Part shown: in pieces, positions 36,831 to 50,218 of the stretch | Layout: every line of letters starts with the position of its first letter | Numbering within the stretch: the first letter of the stretch is position 1 | The notes under the pieces: generated by a model | The model's database searches: none | Told to the model about the DNA's origin: nothing | The model's input: the letters and a program-made list of their open reading frames with translations, nothing else | Position numbers and translations under genes: made by a program | Origin: Lama glama | Taxonomy: Eukaryota | Assembly (NCBI GenBank): GCA_028534125.1 | Contig: CM052845.1 | Span: 5,146,097-5,210,000, forward strand | Direction: 5' to 3' | Length of the DNA stretch: 63,904 nt

Positions 36831-37724
36831 TTTTTACATCTCCTGCAACTCCCGACTGGCTCCTGGACCCACCTCACATAGATCTGTGCACAAGGCTGAG
36901 TGATGGTTTCCATCCACCGAGCCGCGCGGAGGATCATGTGCACAGCTATATAGAGGAACAGGTTGTTTCTCAATTATCTTCATAATTGACTTTGATTTTG
37001 CATCAGAGCTGATTCATGTAGTCTTAAACTAAGCCCCTTTCTCACTGAACAACCACAGCGTGCATTCGTATCATGCACTCCTAATCTCGCGGTGCACAGA
37101 ACCCCGATTGGATTCCTCTGGGAGCCTTTGCAATCACATTGATTCTGTTCAGGTTTTATTTTTAGGAAATCACAAATTAAAACAATTTAAAAGATTCCGT
37201 TGCAGTATCCCGCAATTAAGCATGGTGTTCAGGAGCAGGAACCCCAAGCAAAAACTCATTCTGGAGTCCCCCAGGACCAGAAATAGGTACTGTGGGGTTT
37301 AGGACTGAAAGTAGGATGTAACCAAATTAGAACGGCACAGGACTCACAAACTAAGCATGAAATTAATTTTAAAAAAACACACGCATTTCAAAGCAACTCT
37401 CACATCGACCACCACATGGATACCCGTGGTCTTGCTTCTGCTACATACAGGAATCGGGGGATGGCAGGGGGCTCTATGACCAGGAGGCAGTCAGGGGTCC
37501 ACTTACTCCAGCTGTCACCTTCAAGTCTTGACACAGGCACAAGCCAAACATTCAGTGACCCGTTTTGTTCTCCCTCTCTCAACGTGCACCTAAGTATACA
37601 AACCAGGTTTCCCCACCTTCCCTCTTCCTATGAGTTCAAAATCAAGTATGCATGATTTCTGAGGACCGCTACCCAGGTACCACCAATAGCTTTATGGGCA
37701 GCCGACGGCAGGGAAAACTAAGAC

Positions 37725-37907
37725 AGTGGTTCTCAACCTGAGCTGCACAGTGGAATCACCTGAAGAGCTTTTAAAACTAGGAGTTCCTGGGTTCTAAGCC
37801 CCTTCCTTCCCATTTTGATTTCATGGTCTGGGGTATAGCCTGGGAATTGGGATTTTTAAAAGGCCTCCAGATGGCGCTAAAGTTCAGCCACGGCTGGGAA
37901 CCATGGG
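37725..37907. mobile_element. MER5A hAT MITE
   Basis: cagtggttctcaacct...gaatcacctg...gggaaccatgg. Confidence 0.8.
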
Positions 37908-38495
37908 GTTGAAGGCCCAGCTGCCAATCATTCAACCTGTGTCCCTTTTTCCAAATCTACTGAATGCGTAAGATGGGGGAACACAAAAGACTCTCCAGGA
38001 AGCAAGCCAACATATAAGGAGCTCAAGCCATTACCCACACCACCATGTTCAATTCCTGGTGATTTCAGGTTCCTGCTCTATCCAGTTGCCGGGGATTTCG
38101 AGTTTGCCTCTCAGGCGCCCCCTCCCGGTCCTCTGTGGAGAGGCTATTGCCCAAGGCTGCTCTCATGAGAGCCTGCACTGACAAATATTTATTAATTTTA
38201 ATGGTATAAGTCGCCTTAAAAATAAGAGTCCTAGGTGACATTTGCAGAGAAACAGACTGATACAGGCAGATAGGATCAAGAGGAGAGATTTACTTTTACT
38301 GTGAGGGAGGGGAGGGGTGTGCATATCTCTTTTCAGTTTGTATCTCTGACATGTGACTCCAAACCCAAAAAGAAGCCCCCCAACCCCCCAAACCCGGGAT
38401 CCTTTGTACGAATTCTACTTGGCTTCTAAACAAATACAACGGTAAGGCAGCAAATATGAGAATAAATTATATTCACAAGAGGAAAAGTAACTTAC

Positions 38496-38528
38496 TTTGG
38501 GGTTTTATTTCATGAAGAGGTTTTTTAT
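38496..38528 (-). CDS. UNC5D: UNC5D exon 8, 33-nt microexon (juxtamembrane linker DKKPLHEIKPQ)
   Basis: ctttcttttttctctttcttttag|ATAAAAAACCTCTTCATGAAATAAAACCCCAAA|gtaagt. Phase 1-1, joins exons 7 and 9 in frame; too short for the ORF track. Confidence 0.93.
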
Positions 38529-40024
38529 CTAAAAGAAAGAGAAAAAAGAAAGTTGCATTTAATAAATTGACACGGAGCAGCTATTTCCTATATCCCTTTA
38601 CGTCTTCCTCTATAAAGGAAACATTTTCTTTCTGCAGACAATATGGATTATGTTGTTCATATTTTTCCTTTTCAAACTTCTTTTTATTTTTCTCTTTTGC
38701 AGTATTTTTCTAGGATGATTGCTTCATTCCTTTAAAAAAAAAATCCCTCAGGCTTCCTAGAGTTTCTCTGTGTTGCATTTGCTAGATTCTTATCAGCATG
38801 ATGAGAGCAATGAGCTTGCACCCTTGTCCCTTTTCTATATACAGCCAGAAGACTGCTCAGGTAAGGGATGCTATTTCACTATATATGATGATAGAAAAAT
38901 GAACCATGAATAAATGTTTAAAGGGATCCTGCATTGGTTTGCAGTTACCGTGACCTGAATAAAAAATTCCAAGTTCTGCCTTTTATCTGTTCTTGTTGGG
39001 TATAGATGCAGTATTGTGAGCATGTTGAAGGCTTGTTTTTAAGATATCACCCTCTTTTTGGTTTGACTTGATTATCTGTTAAAATGTGGATGATCTCTCT
39101 TAACGGAAAAGTGTTCTTTAAAAATCTAAAAAAAAATCAAGGTATTGAGCAACATCAGTCAGATGAGATGGATAAAGAGAAAAGACATTCAGTCTTTTCC
39201 TAAAGCAAGTGAGATGTTTTTACCGGTTCTCCCCATTGCTCTTCAACCACCATCTCCTGCTATCTTTCATCATCAAATAATTTTGCTATAATCGTGCAAG
39301 TCACTTTGAGACGCGGTGCCTGTGGCTAACTCTGCCTTCTACCACGGTCCCTCCGCTATCCATTTCCCCTGCTCCTGGCCCCGTCCCAGGTCAACACAAC
39401 TCCACCCCAATGCAGAAACCTGGGAAGACGACATTTCAGACACCATGTCAACTTCCAGAAGATTTGGGTGGTGTGTCATCCCTGTCGTTAGTCCCTTCTT
39501 AGAGTGCAGATAGAACACTGTCTAACTACCAGCACGAAGGCTGTTGCTAACCATTCACAGACTCCCACTAAGGGAGGGGACCTTGAAAGGTCACCCTGTG
39601 TAGCCTCCTTTCTCCACTTGTCTGCAGGCAAGCCAAGTCGGGCGAGACACTGTCATTTTGGATGAAGTTTTTAACGGAATCAAATCTCACACAGTACACA
39701 CTTGAGGACTTCATAAATATTATCTGGCTGACTGCACCATCACCCCTCCCAGGCAAAGAGACACAGCTCTATATTCCAAATCCTTCCCAGAATATCCCTT
39801 ACCCTAACCCACTCCTGCACCTAATACTGATTTTGACAGAAAACCCTTGCAGTGGGCTTTAAATACAACTCTTGTCTGTCTTGCCAAATGATTTGTTATA
39901 TATACATATGAGAGTAGCTTTTAAAAGTTGGGTGTAAATCATTCTTGCAAAAGGGCAAACTTTTTTTTTTCCACAATAAGGGGAAAATTAACTGGCAAAG
40001 GGTAGTATCTGGCCACTCTTTCTT

Positions 40025-40432
40025 TTTTTAATTCTTACTTTTTATCTAATTTTAGTTGATATACAGTGTTAGTTTCATGTGTACAGCAAAGTGATTCAGT
40101 TATAGATATACACACATATAATTTTTTCAGATTCTTTGCCATTACAGCTCATTACAAGAAACTGAATATAGTTCCCTGTGCTATACAGTAGGTCCTTGTA
40201 ATTTATTTTATATACAGTAATGTATATCTATTAACCCCAAACTCCTAATCTGCCCCCTCTCCTCTTTCCCCCAGTAACCACAGTTTGTTTTCTATGTCTA
40301 TGAGTCTATTTCTGGTTTGTAAATAAAATGTTTATTTTATTTTTTTAGATTCCACATATAAGCCACATCATACGATATTTGTCTTTCTCTGTCTGACTTG
40401 CTTCACTTAATATGACCATCTCTAGGTCCATC
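40025..40432 (-). mobile_element. 5'-truncated L1 with 16-bp TSD
   Basis: L1 3'UTR in reverse. TSD ctggccact(c/t)tttctt at 40009-40024 and 40433-40448. Confidence 0.92.
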
Positions 40433-41452
40433 CTGGCCACTTTTTCTTGAAAGCAGAAAAGTCCTCATAAAAGGTAATAATTTGTTCAAGTTGATATGAA
40501 CATATTCAGGTTTTTTACACAGTCAGGAAAACAGAAACAGAAAACTTGCATTCCCCTTACTGCACAGTGTCAAGGCCATACCAGTTCTCCTGAGAGCAGG
40601 TGGTACTTTCCAAAGTCCAGATGCTAATGCAGTCAAGGATTAGAATAAAACAACTTTGGTGGGTTTACCCTGACTTCAGTTTTTGCTTATTGCATGCTCT
40701 CTGAAAGCATTTGGCATGGGCACAGGGATGCTGGCAGGCCAAGGCTAAGACATCTGAAAGTGATATATTGCTAGGAATACACAAAGAGACGTGCAGAACA
40801 TCTGTTTAGAACCCTGGCTGAGCTTCAAGGTATTTTCTTCCTGCTAAACCACAGGAACGAAGATTATGCTGGGGAGCGAAATGAAACTCCATTAAAAACA
40901 GGTGAGATATGTAACTGCTCCTCAGAAGAATAAATAGAATACAGCCATGCTGTGAAAAAATGGGGGTGTACTGGACCCAGTACAGCTCTGGGTAAAGAGA
41001 GTGAATGGGGCTGAAGGTCCCTGGACAGGGGACTGGGGCCACGAGGATGCAGAGCAGAGAGCAGGGCAGTCACCCAGCTCTGGTGCCATCACCATCGGCA
41101 GTGTGCTGTGCGATTGGTGCACTCTCAGGATCAGAAACGGATTTAAATCTTGACTCGTCTTCATCTACCTCTGTGACCTCAGTGTTCTCCACAGTAAAAT
41201 GAGAGTAATAATGTCCTCAGAGGCTGGTCCTGGGGACTAAACAAAACTGAAGCCATGCAGCAAAGGGTAGCCCGTGTTCAGCAATGAACAGCTGATAAAT
41301 AATAATTTTAACATACGAATACGATCATCAGACTCGTGCAGAATTCAAAAATGACTCATGTGCCACTGCGTGGAGACAGTCATAGCGCCAGATCAGAAAT
41401 TCTAGTCGCTTCTGGGGGGAGGTACTTGAACGGGAGTTAAGAAACACATGTC

Positions 41453-41880
41453 AAATAATACCATTTGCAACAACATGGATGGACCTAGAGATTGTCATAC
41501 TAAGTGAAACTAGAAAGAGAAAAATACTGTATGATATCACTCATATGTGTTACCTAAAAAAAAAAAGAGGACACTAATGAACTCACCTATAAAACAGAAA
41601 GACACTTGCAGATATGAACAATTTTATGGCTACCAAGGGAAGAGGGTGGGAAGGGATACATTTGGGAGTTTGTGATTTGCAAATGTTAGCCACTATATAT
41701 AAAAATAGATAAAAACAAATTTCTTCTGTATGGCACAGGGAACTATATTCAATATCTTATAATAACCTTTGATGAAAGAGCATATGGAAACGAATATATG
41801 TATATGCATGACTGGGACGCTGTGCTGTAACACCAGAAATGGACATACTGTAACTGACTATACTTCAATTAAAAAAAAAA
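41453..41880 (+). mobile_element. 5'-truncated L1
   Basis: ccatttgcaacaacatggatggacctagag through tatacttcaattaaaaaaaaaa. Confidence 0.92.
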
Positions 41881-43320
41881 GAAAAAGCAAACAGAAGAAC
41901 CATGTGTCCAGTCCTGAGACTTCACCTTCCTGATATGTAAAAAGAAGGGCAGGGATCAGAAGACCCCTGTAGGCTCCCCAGCTTTAACCCTAGTAAGTCT
42001 CTATCATAACTACCAAAGACATTCCAAGAGATCCACTTGAATTCTGAAAGCAGACTAAAACTTATAAAAAGAGCCGCTCCTCTACCACGGGTGTGTTATG
42101 CCGAGGCCCAGCACATGTGTCAGCCTGCATCTTCTCACAAAAAAGGCCGGATGACAGGTGCCCAAGAGAGCATCACTCCCCTGGCATCCACATCAAAATT
42201 GGGTTCTGCTGTATTTTGTGAAATACCAGTATCTTGTCGGTGAGCTGTACTCATAGACCATTTTCCCAGCTGGAAATGTCTGATTAGAGATTGTTCTCCC
42301 GTGAACTCAAGAGAGGGCGACCCACTGACCTTGCTGTCTTCTGCAAGAACTGCTCGCCCCACGGTGCATGTTCTTTTATTCTGTTTGCATAATCACTTTC
42401 TCACAAGACTCAGGGCCATGCATCCAACTGGCCCTGGTCAACCAAATCCTCTCCGTTTTAATTTTCTCTCTCTCCAAGGCCATGTTCAAATGACCCCTGA
42501 GTAAATTAATCCATTAGGGCAACAGTTCTTCATATTGGCTGCACATTAAAATCACCTGGAGAGTTTAAAAAAAAAAAACCTATGACTGGGCCCCTCTCCA
42601 GGAGCCCTTGATTAATTGGGGTGTGTTTTTGTGATTACTGAGGGCACCACCACTTCCTGGCAACAAATCTGGGGCCCTGTGTACTCAACTTCAATTCTTC
42701 TTTGTCCCCTCTAAGAGGCTGTGGGGTAGCTGGGTACACAGATGGGTCCAGGAGGCTCTTGCAGACAGACAGATGTAAGTCTGAGCCAGTGGCAGCTGAG
42801 TTGCAGTTTGGGAAAATCACCCTAGGTTTCTCAGGGTCTAACTGATACACCAAGAGGTACTTTCTGGGTAAATGGAAATTGATGATAAGTAATTATAACT
42901 CAGTCTTATAATTATTTTGTGTATTTACAAGCTAAAGATGCAAGTGTTTTTGAAAAATTTTTGTTTTAAATTGTCATATTTTCTTCAAAAATCCCTTATT
43001 ATTTACAGTTAATACACAATTACTGTATCTAAAAAATACAGATTAGCACAAAATAACCCCATAATTCCATCACCAAAAGATAAGCACCACTATGTTAAGT
43101 TACATATACAAGCCTAGGTCTTTTTTCCCCTGTGATTATATATCTATAAGGTTATGTGCATAAATATATGTTTATACATATATTAGCAGGAAACTACATG
43201 AAATTGATAGTAATTGATCATTCTTACCTACAGAAATATGGGATTGTCTTTTATCTATGGTTCTGCAATCTGCTTATGTCTAGTCTTAAGTGCTGTAACG
43301 CAAATCTTTGTGTCTGCCCT

Positions 43321-43330
43321 ATGCGCGCGC

Positions 43331-43365
<35 letters not shown>
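43321..43365. repeat. Compound (GC)n(GT)n microsatellite
   Basis: atgcgcgcgcgc followed by about 16 GT units. Confidence 0.95.
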
Positions 43366-43368
<3 letters not shown>

Positions 43369-46300
43369 AAGGGGGAGAGGGACAGAGAAAGGGAGAAGGA
43401 GAACTATCCTTTTATTGTTGGTGGTGATTCAATCCTTTCCCACCTTTAATTGTTGGCTTCCTTTGTTATATGGGACGCCCCCAAAGCACTTCCATGGTAT
43501 CCATTGTTCTCAGAAGCTACTTATAGCTGCAACCCTACTTTCCCACCCACCCACCCACCCATATCCAGCCTCACCCTGTCTCTGCCAGGGAACAAACATG
43601 GCCAGCTGCCTGCAGCCCACACATCCTGCGGATCTAAGAGAACAGGACTGAGGGGAAATGGCACCGGTAGATAGATGGGTTCAATCTCCAACCCACAGAC
43701 TGGGCAAAGGGCCGCCCTCACAGCTGTGGGCTGGGATTATTTGAAATCGGCTCCTAGGGATTTTGAATACTACACACATATGTTTGATACTCGAGTCGAT
43801 GTCGTTTTTTGAGATTCAGGCACAGAGCTACTCAGTGTGGACTCAACACCCGCCAGAACAGGAGCCCACACAGCGCTCTCCTCCAGGCACTAATTCACAC
43901 GCCATTACAGTTCATGATTACCATTCTTTTCACAAAACCAGACGCACTCCATGGTTTCGCCTCTGAAGACCATTTTTATTATTTCCTTCATACCTTTTTC
44001 ACCCTCTCCAAGATATGTACTGAATCCAATTTTATTTTAATTTACCCATCACAGTCTTTGTAATCTTAAATTATTTACAAGCTGATTCTGAAGCCCGTGG
44101 GAAAGCAGGCTTCTCCGCCATTCTCTCTGGCTAGGTACCTTATTCGCTGGGAAAATTCTCTAGCATCAGCATGCAGGAATCTATCATGGCCCAGTTCACT
44201 GCATGCCTTTATGAGCTTCTATGAACTGATCCTACCACACCAAATGTGACTTAGCTCCAGCTGCACCTCAGTACAAATCCATGCTCTAGTCCAGTCAATC
44301 CATGAGCTCTCAGGCTCACCTCAGTGCTTTTGTCCCAGCTATGGCCTCCACAAATGCCCTTCTCCCCTCAAGCCTCCTACAGAAAAACGTCCTGCCTCCA
44401 AGGCATAGATCAACTTCTGCTTTCTTCATGAAATCTTTGGTGATGACTTCTCCGTTTGAAGGGATCTCTCCCTTCTCTAGACAGTTTATCTTATGTATAG
44501 CCGCTAAAATACAGCGCAAATTCTATTCCAAAATATTTTACTTCATAAGTGTTCATTTGATTTATGTTATACTTTTGTAATCACCGCTAGTTATGGGTCC
44601 CTAACACGAAAATCATATTTAAATGATTAGCTTGCAAATAATTGGCACTGCCAGAGAGAGTCACAGCAAGAAACATAAGAGGCGGTGGGGGTGGGGGCGA
44701 GGATGAAATAGAAAGCTATTTGTTTGATTGTTTACTGATTGGAAGAAAAGAAGCTGAAGTTATTAATTAGCCGTGTGTTTCATTTATTCATGCCCCCCCT
44801 TCCCCCGCAGAACTAGAAACGATGAAGAATCAGTGTTATGCCCTCAGAATGCAATCCAAAGCTGCAGGAAATCCCAGGACCTGGCCGATCTGCTGTGGAT
44901 TAGCACTGGCAGATAATCAGATAAACAGGAGGTCTGCTCTGCACTGGCAACACCACCGCGATTGAACACATCAGGCAGACACGGAAGATGACAAGACTCC
45001 GTTCTCCGGCGGAGAGTGAACGTTCACTCAGGCTGCAGAACAGGTGGGAACACAACAACCCGCTCTTGCTTACACCCTGGAACTCTTCCCGTGACTGGGA
45101 GCACAGCGAAACCACAGGAGCAAAGAACAGCCCGTCTCTAGTTTTACCTCTTTTTAAGTTTTCAATTTCCACATTTTGTTTTTCTTCCTAGTTTTTTTTT
45201 TTTAAGATCCTGCTCTGAGATCACTCTTCAGAGACCATATTTACCCGAATGCACATGTTACTGAGTTAGTTCAATTCTTGCTTCCTCTCCCCCCAACTCC
45301 CACCCCCGCTTCCCCACCTATAGAGAACCGTCATAAGATCTACTGCCCCTTTTGAAATGCACTCTGTGCATCCATGCAGGACACTACAGAAAGGAGGAAG
45401 TTTTTAGAGACTCCTCCCAGGGTTTTCCAGTTGGTTATGACTGCTGGAGAAACCCCTGGTCTTCTCAGAGGTGTCTGGGTAATTAGTGAAATTCCAGAAT
45501 CAAATGGCAAAAACACCCACTTGAAGAAAAACTTGTTAAGACCTGAGATGTACATTAGTGAATGAAAATTGGCTGTTGGTATCTTCCCCTGAAGAATTAT
45601 TCAAGACTCCCCATCATGTTAACGAGGGGAAGGCAGGCAGGTACCACAGGACACAGCTCACAGATGTGACTTCTACTGACAATGACCTTCCACAACTGCC
45701 CCTCACAAGCACATGATTCGTGTGCGTGAAGAGGTGTCACCTTCCCTCTTTCTCCTTTCAAATTTGACATCTTTTTATAGGAATGTCTTTCATATTTCCT
45801 AAACTCAGACACATAAGTGCCCATAAAGACCATACTCACAAGTAGCAATTGCATGTTTCACTTTTGAACTCAAATCATTTACATTTCTAGATTTCTTACC
45901 ACCTTTGTTATGAAGTGTTATCCACTCCCACTGATTGGGCGTGGGTTAATTTGTTTCTGTGATGGATATACAGAGTAAAATACACTTTGGGGGTCACTCT
46001 GAAGACGCTGAAGTACGTGTCTACAAAGGCTTTCTTATCAGAAATTGGCCTCAGAGAGACAAAATGCAGTATTTCCAGTTCTGCTCCGAGGGAAGATGCA
46101 TATTAAAATCCTTTTTCTATTCTAAAAACCGTTTTGCTTTGACTCCCTCCCTTCCATCCACAACAGAAAAATATGTTATCTGTAAATACGTACACACACC
46201 CACTCAAAAATAAACAAAAATGCTCAGTCTATATAATTCAAGCTTAAGGGGACAGTCTATTGATTAATGTCATGATAATCACTTTCCTTACCTTAAGGCA

Positions 46301-49249
46301 GGAGCGATCTTCAAATAATTTAAAAATAATTTAAAAGCATCCTATTAGTGTACACCAGCCTTGACAGAGGGTCATGGTGGCTTTCCGCTGTGTCCAGGGT
46401 GCTCCCTTCAGTTGCAGACTTCAGGGAGGTCTGGGTAGGGAGGGAATGGCTTGGGTGGTGGGGGAGATCTGGGAGGGTGTTTGTTACGATGACTATTCTT
46501 CAATTGCTAAGGAAATACTTAACACTGATATAATACAGGCTATCAGTCCTGTCTTACTGAAAAAATAAAGCTGAAAAAGCAATTGTGCATTGAGAACCTT
46601 TGACCTGCAGACGGATTCTAAGCTTCTGCAGTCCTCATGCTAGCCACCCACGTACCTGCCAGGACACACTAAGTCACTTGCACGGAGAGTCTTTATCTGT
46701 GCCTTCCATCTCATTCCCAGTACCTGGAACAGTAAGTGGAACATAGTAGGTACTCAATAGGCCTCTGTTGAGTGGATGAGCACTGCTGAGTCTTGGATGG
46801 ACTTTCGGTTCCAAGCATTACAAAGGCGGGGGCCACAGACTTCCTAGTTCCTGTGTGGATTCCCAGGACACTGCAGCTTCCCGACGAAGGGACTGGAGTG
46901 GAATGCTTGCAGGCCTGCTTTGATGACTCAGTTCCTGGTAAGGCTGGCAAACTTTCTCCCAGAGTAGTGCGTGGGGTTACCTTTGTTTCAGACCTAAACA
47001 TTGTCCTCCCTCTCTCTGCACAACCATCATCCAAACTGTTAACTTTAGGCGTGACTGCACTAGATCATCTCCTCAAAACTGGCTGAAAAACAAGTATCTG
47101 AGAGCACTGACATGCCAGTGGTATTAACATACCTTACATGTATATATGTATAAAATATGTATAAAAGATGAGGTGTACATACATGCACATATATATGCAC
47201 ATATACATGAAAGCTGCATTTAAGATACAGAATTATAATGATTTCAAGTTTTAATACTGAGATGAAACTTAAAAATCATCATGCCCAATTCCCCATTTGA
47301 TAGTTACAGACAGAAGGCACAAGATGGTGAGAGATTTGCCAAGGTCACACGCTAGTTAACAAAACAACTGACCCTGACTCCTAACTCCTAGGTCAGAGCC
47401 CTTTTCACTACCCGACAGTGATCACAGCGATTTTCCACTGCACTGAACACCGACGTGGTCCTCTCCCAAACACGAGTACCCAAGGCCAGGTCTATTGTTA
47501 TAATAATACTGACATTTCTCTGGAGAAAGTGGAAGGCCAGGGTTAATGATAATGGGTTACTGATAATGTTAACATCATCTTCATTTCATGTATCGCACTT
47601 CTCAATGATCTCTGAAGAGACACATGCATTTAATTTGTAACTGAAGGGAAAAAGGTAGAATGAAAACAAAGAAGTTCCCTCTGTCTCTATTAATTCACTT
47701 TGTTCAGCACACCCCAGAGGTCACTGAATTCTTCACAGGAGTAGATTACTCTGTTTTAAATCACTTCCCAGATTGGGTTCTTGCCACTTCTTTTATAGCT
47801 GGCCCACTCTATGATCTGAGACATTAAATCTTTCCCTAGTCCAGACTAATATTTCTTACCTAGGGTTTTGTACTGTTGAGTCCTGATTAAACATACTGCA
47901 GATGTAGGATTTGAAATACACAGAACCAGTGAAGTGGGGACAGTTTGTTTTATATGACGGAAAGCCTACATTTTTGAAACTTCTTGACTAGAAGGATATC
48001 ATTAGTTACTGAGCAAATTATTAAATATTTTTGAAAGCACAAAAAACATGGCAAATATGCTAATTTGGGGATGTGGGGATGTGGAATAGGGGACATGCTG
48101 GACATGTAACAGGTGCCATATCATTGATCCTGAGTGGCTGACAACAGGAAGGTGCTCCTGGGATCTGTGGATGGCTGCATAGTTTATACTGTGCAGGTTG
48201 GATTTTTTCCCTAATGAGGAAAGATTTTTGAATGCACGTTGACAAATCAGAGTTTGTTTTATAGACATTTATTTTCTAATGAGATTGTTAGAACATGTGT
48301 ATTTCCTAACATAAGGGAAACTGTCTGCATCGTGAGGACTGACTTTCTCACTTGGGGATCATCCAGGTCCCTCTCCCAGGCCTTCCTCTGGAATCATTTT
48401 CAATTAGTGGTTAGAAGCATAGAATTTTAGAACTGGTTGAGACTTCACAGATCACCTGGTCTGTCTCCTCCTCAGGACTACATCTCACCTGCAAAGGAAG
48501 ACTAGAAAATCAAGAGCCATCCATCCAGCTGCTGATCAGACAGATGTTCTGGGAAAGGATATTGACACCCTGGTCTGACATTCAGTTTAAGAACCCTCAT
48601 GAACTGTTAGGGAGTTTCTGAGCTCTATTTTCCTACAACTAACAGTATGTCTCAAATTACCACTCAGAACTCGTTCATATAAAGAACACAATTTGTGTCT
48701 CTTACAGATTTTAATGACAAGCACGTCTTATTTCATTAGACACACTATATTAGTCAGATATATTGGGAAATATTTTAACAAAATATCTTGAGTGTTATGC
48801 TGTCCATACTTCAGAACATGGAAAACATTCTTTACTAGAACGCACACAAATTATTATTTACACAAATGGAGTGCTTACTACAGATGTCAAATACTTTGCA
48901 TGGCCTAGGTAATTTCCTCCTCAAAAGAACCCTTTCTAATAAGCGCTATTGTAACTTTTACTTTATAGATTTAGACTTAGAAAAATTAAGAAATTTGCTC
49001 ATAGCATTGCAACCAAAATCGAGACTCAAGCAATCTGATCCCAGAGCCCAGATTCTTCAACCCGTTCTTTATCTATGGGATAAATGTTTAAATTCTATAG
49101 CCCTGGCTCATCCATTTCTCTCAATTCTAGGTTCATGCTCATTTCTAAACTTTCAAAAAAAGAGTAACATTTCAACTTGGAATCACAGAGGACCTTGGAA
49201 GGCTATCAGCCTTTGCTCTGAATGTCACAGCAAGTTTTTATGGGCCAAA

Positions 49250-49520
49250 GAGTTTTTATGGGCTGAGTAATTTTATAAGCTAATGAGTCGGAGGATTAGT
49301 CCAGCTATTTGGGGGAATGGGCAGGGATTTCCAGGACTTGGGCCCTGCCCACTTTTTGGCCTTTCATGGTCAGCCTGGGAACTGTCATGGCACCTGTGGG
49401 TGTGTCATTTAGCAGCTGATATATTACAACGAGCATATCATAAGGCTCAAGGTCTACTGGAATTCCAATCTTCTGCCATCTTGGGCCGACTTGGTTCTAA
49501 CCAGTTTCTGTCCTAGCCTC
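49250..49520 (-). mobile_element. Partial ERV1-type LTR (MER41-like), related to the copy at 50219
   Basis: Colinear similarity with about 50413-50672 (agtttttatgggctg, cttgggccctgcccactttttggcc, ggttctaaccagttt). Confidence 0.75.
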
Positions 49521-50218
49521 AACCCAGGCCTGTCCTGGGCCAGCCCTCATGGAAACAACCTCTGTGCCTTCTGACTATCCCCAGTTCAGAGCTCTTGCCC
49601 TCTTAGGGATGCCATCTACAAAATATTCCCCTTTTCTTTGTAATGAATTTACATTCCCCCTATCTGGTCCTATGGCTAAAATTCACTCCCTTAAATCTTT
49701 TTAAGCGTCTAATGGGTTTTCTGTCTCCAGTTTAGTGTCATGGGGATCTACTCCTATTTGTCTATTTAGTTTTCTTGGGGTTTTGTTTTGTTTTAGTCCT
49801 TTTTTCTCTCTTTCTAACGTGCTGTGTGTACCCACTCTAAGTAATGTTATCTGGAGTAACTTAATGTGATCTGGAGTAACGTATCCTGTTCTCCAGCTGC
49901 CCAAATTTATTTTTAAAATCCTTCCTATTTACAGGGCAGGCATTTTATTTCAATTCCTCTCATAAAAGGAACAAAGTGAACAATATGGGCCTGAGATAAA
50001 CAATCTTCCAGAGGTGTTTCTGTAGCGTGACAGAGCACTTCCTGTCCAATTCCATGGAGTAAATGTAAGCATTATGAATATGAATAATATGAGTGTAAAA
50101 GTTAGTACTGAACTCTGTTGGTGGGGGGTGTTGACAGGAATAGGAAAAAGGAGAAGAAAGAGACATACAGAATAACTGGGCCGATTTCTATTAAGCTGAG
50201 AAAGAAATTTCTTACCCT

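Noticed and set aside
36368-36973. Long ORFs of 201 and 169 aa, and similar ORFs spanning the other N gaps
   Set aside because: Artefacts of translating through N runs.
48089-48110. GGACATGCTGGACATGT as a p53 element (UNC5D is a reported p53 target)
   Set aside because: The CATG cores are 9 bp apart rather than 10 and the flanks mismatch RRRCWWGYYY.
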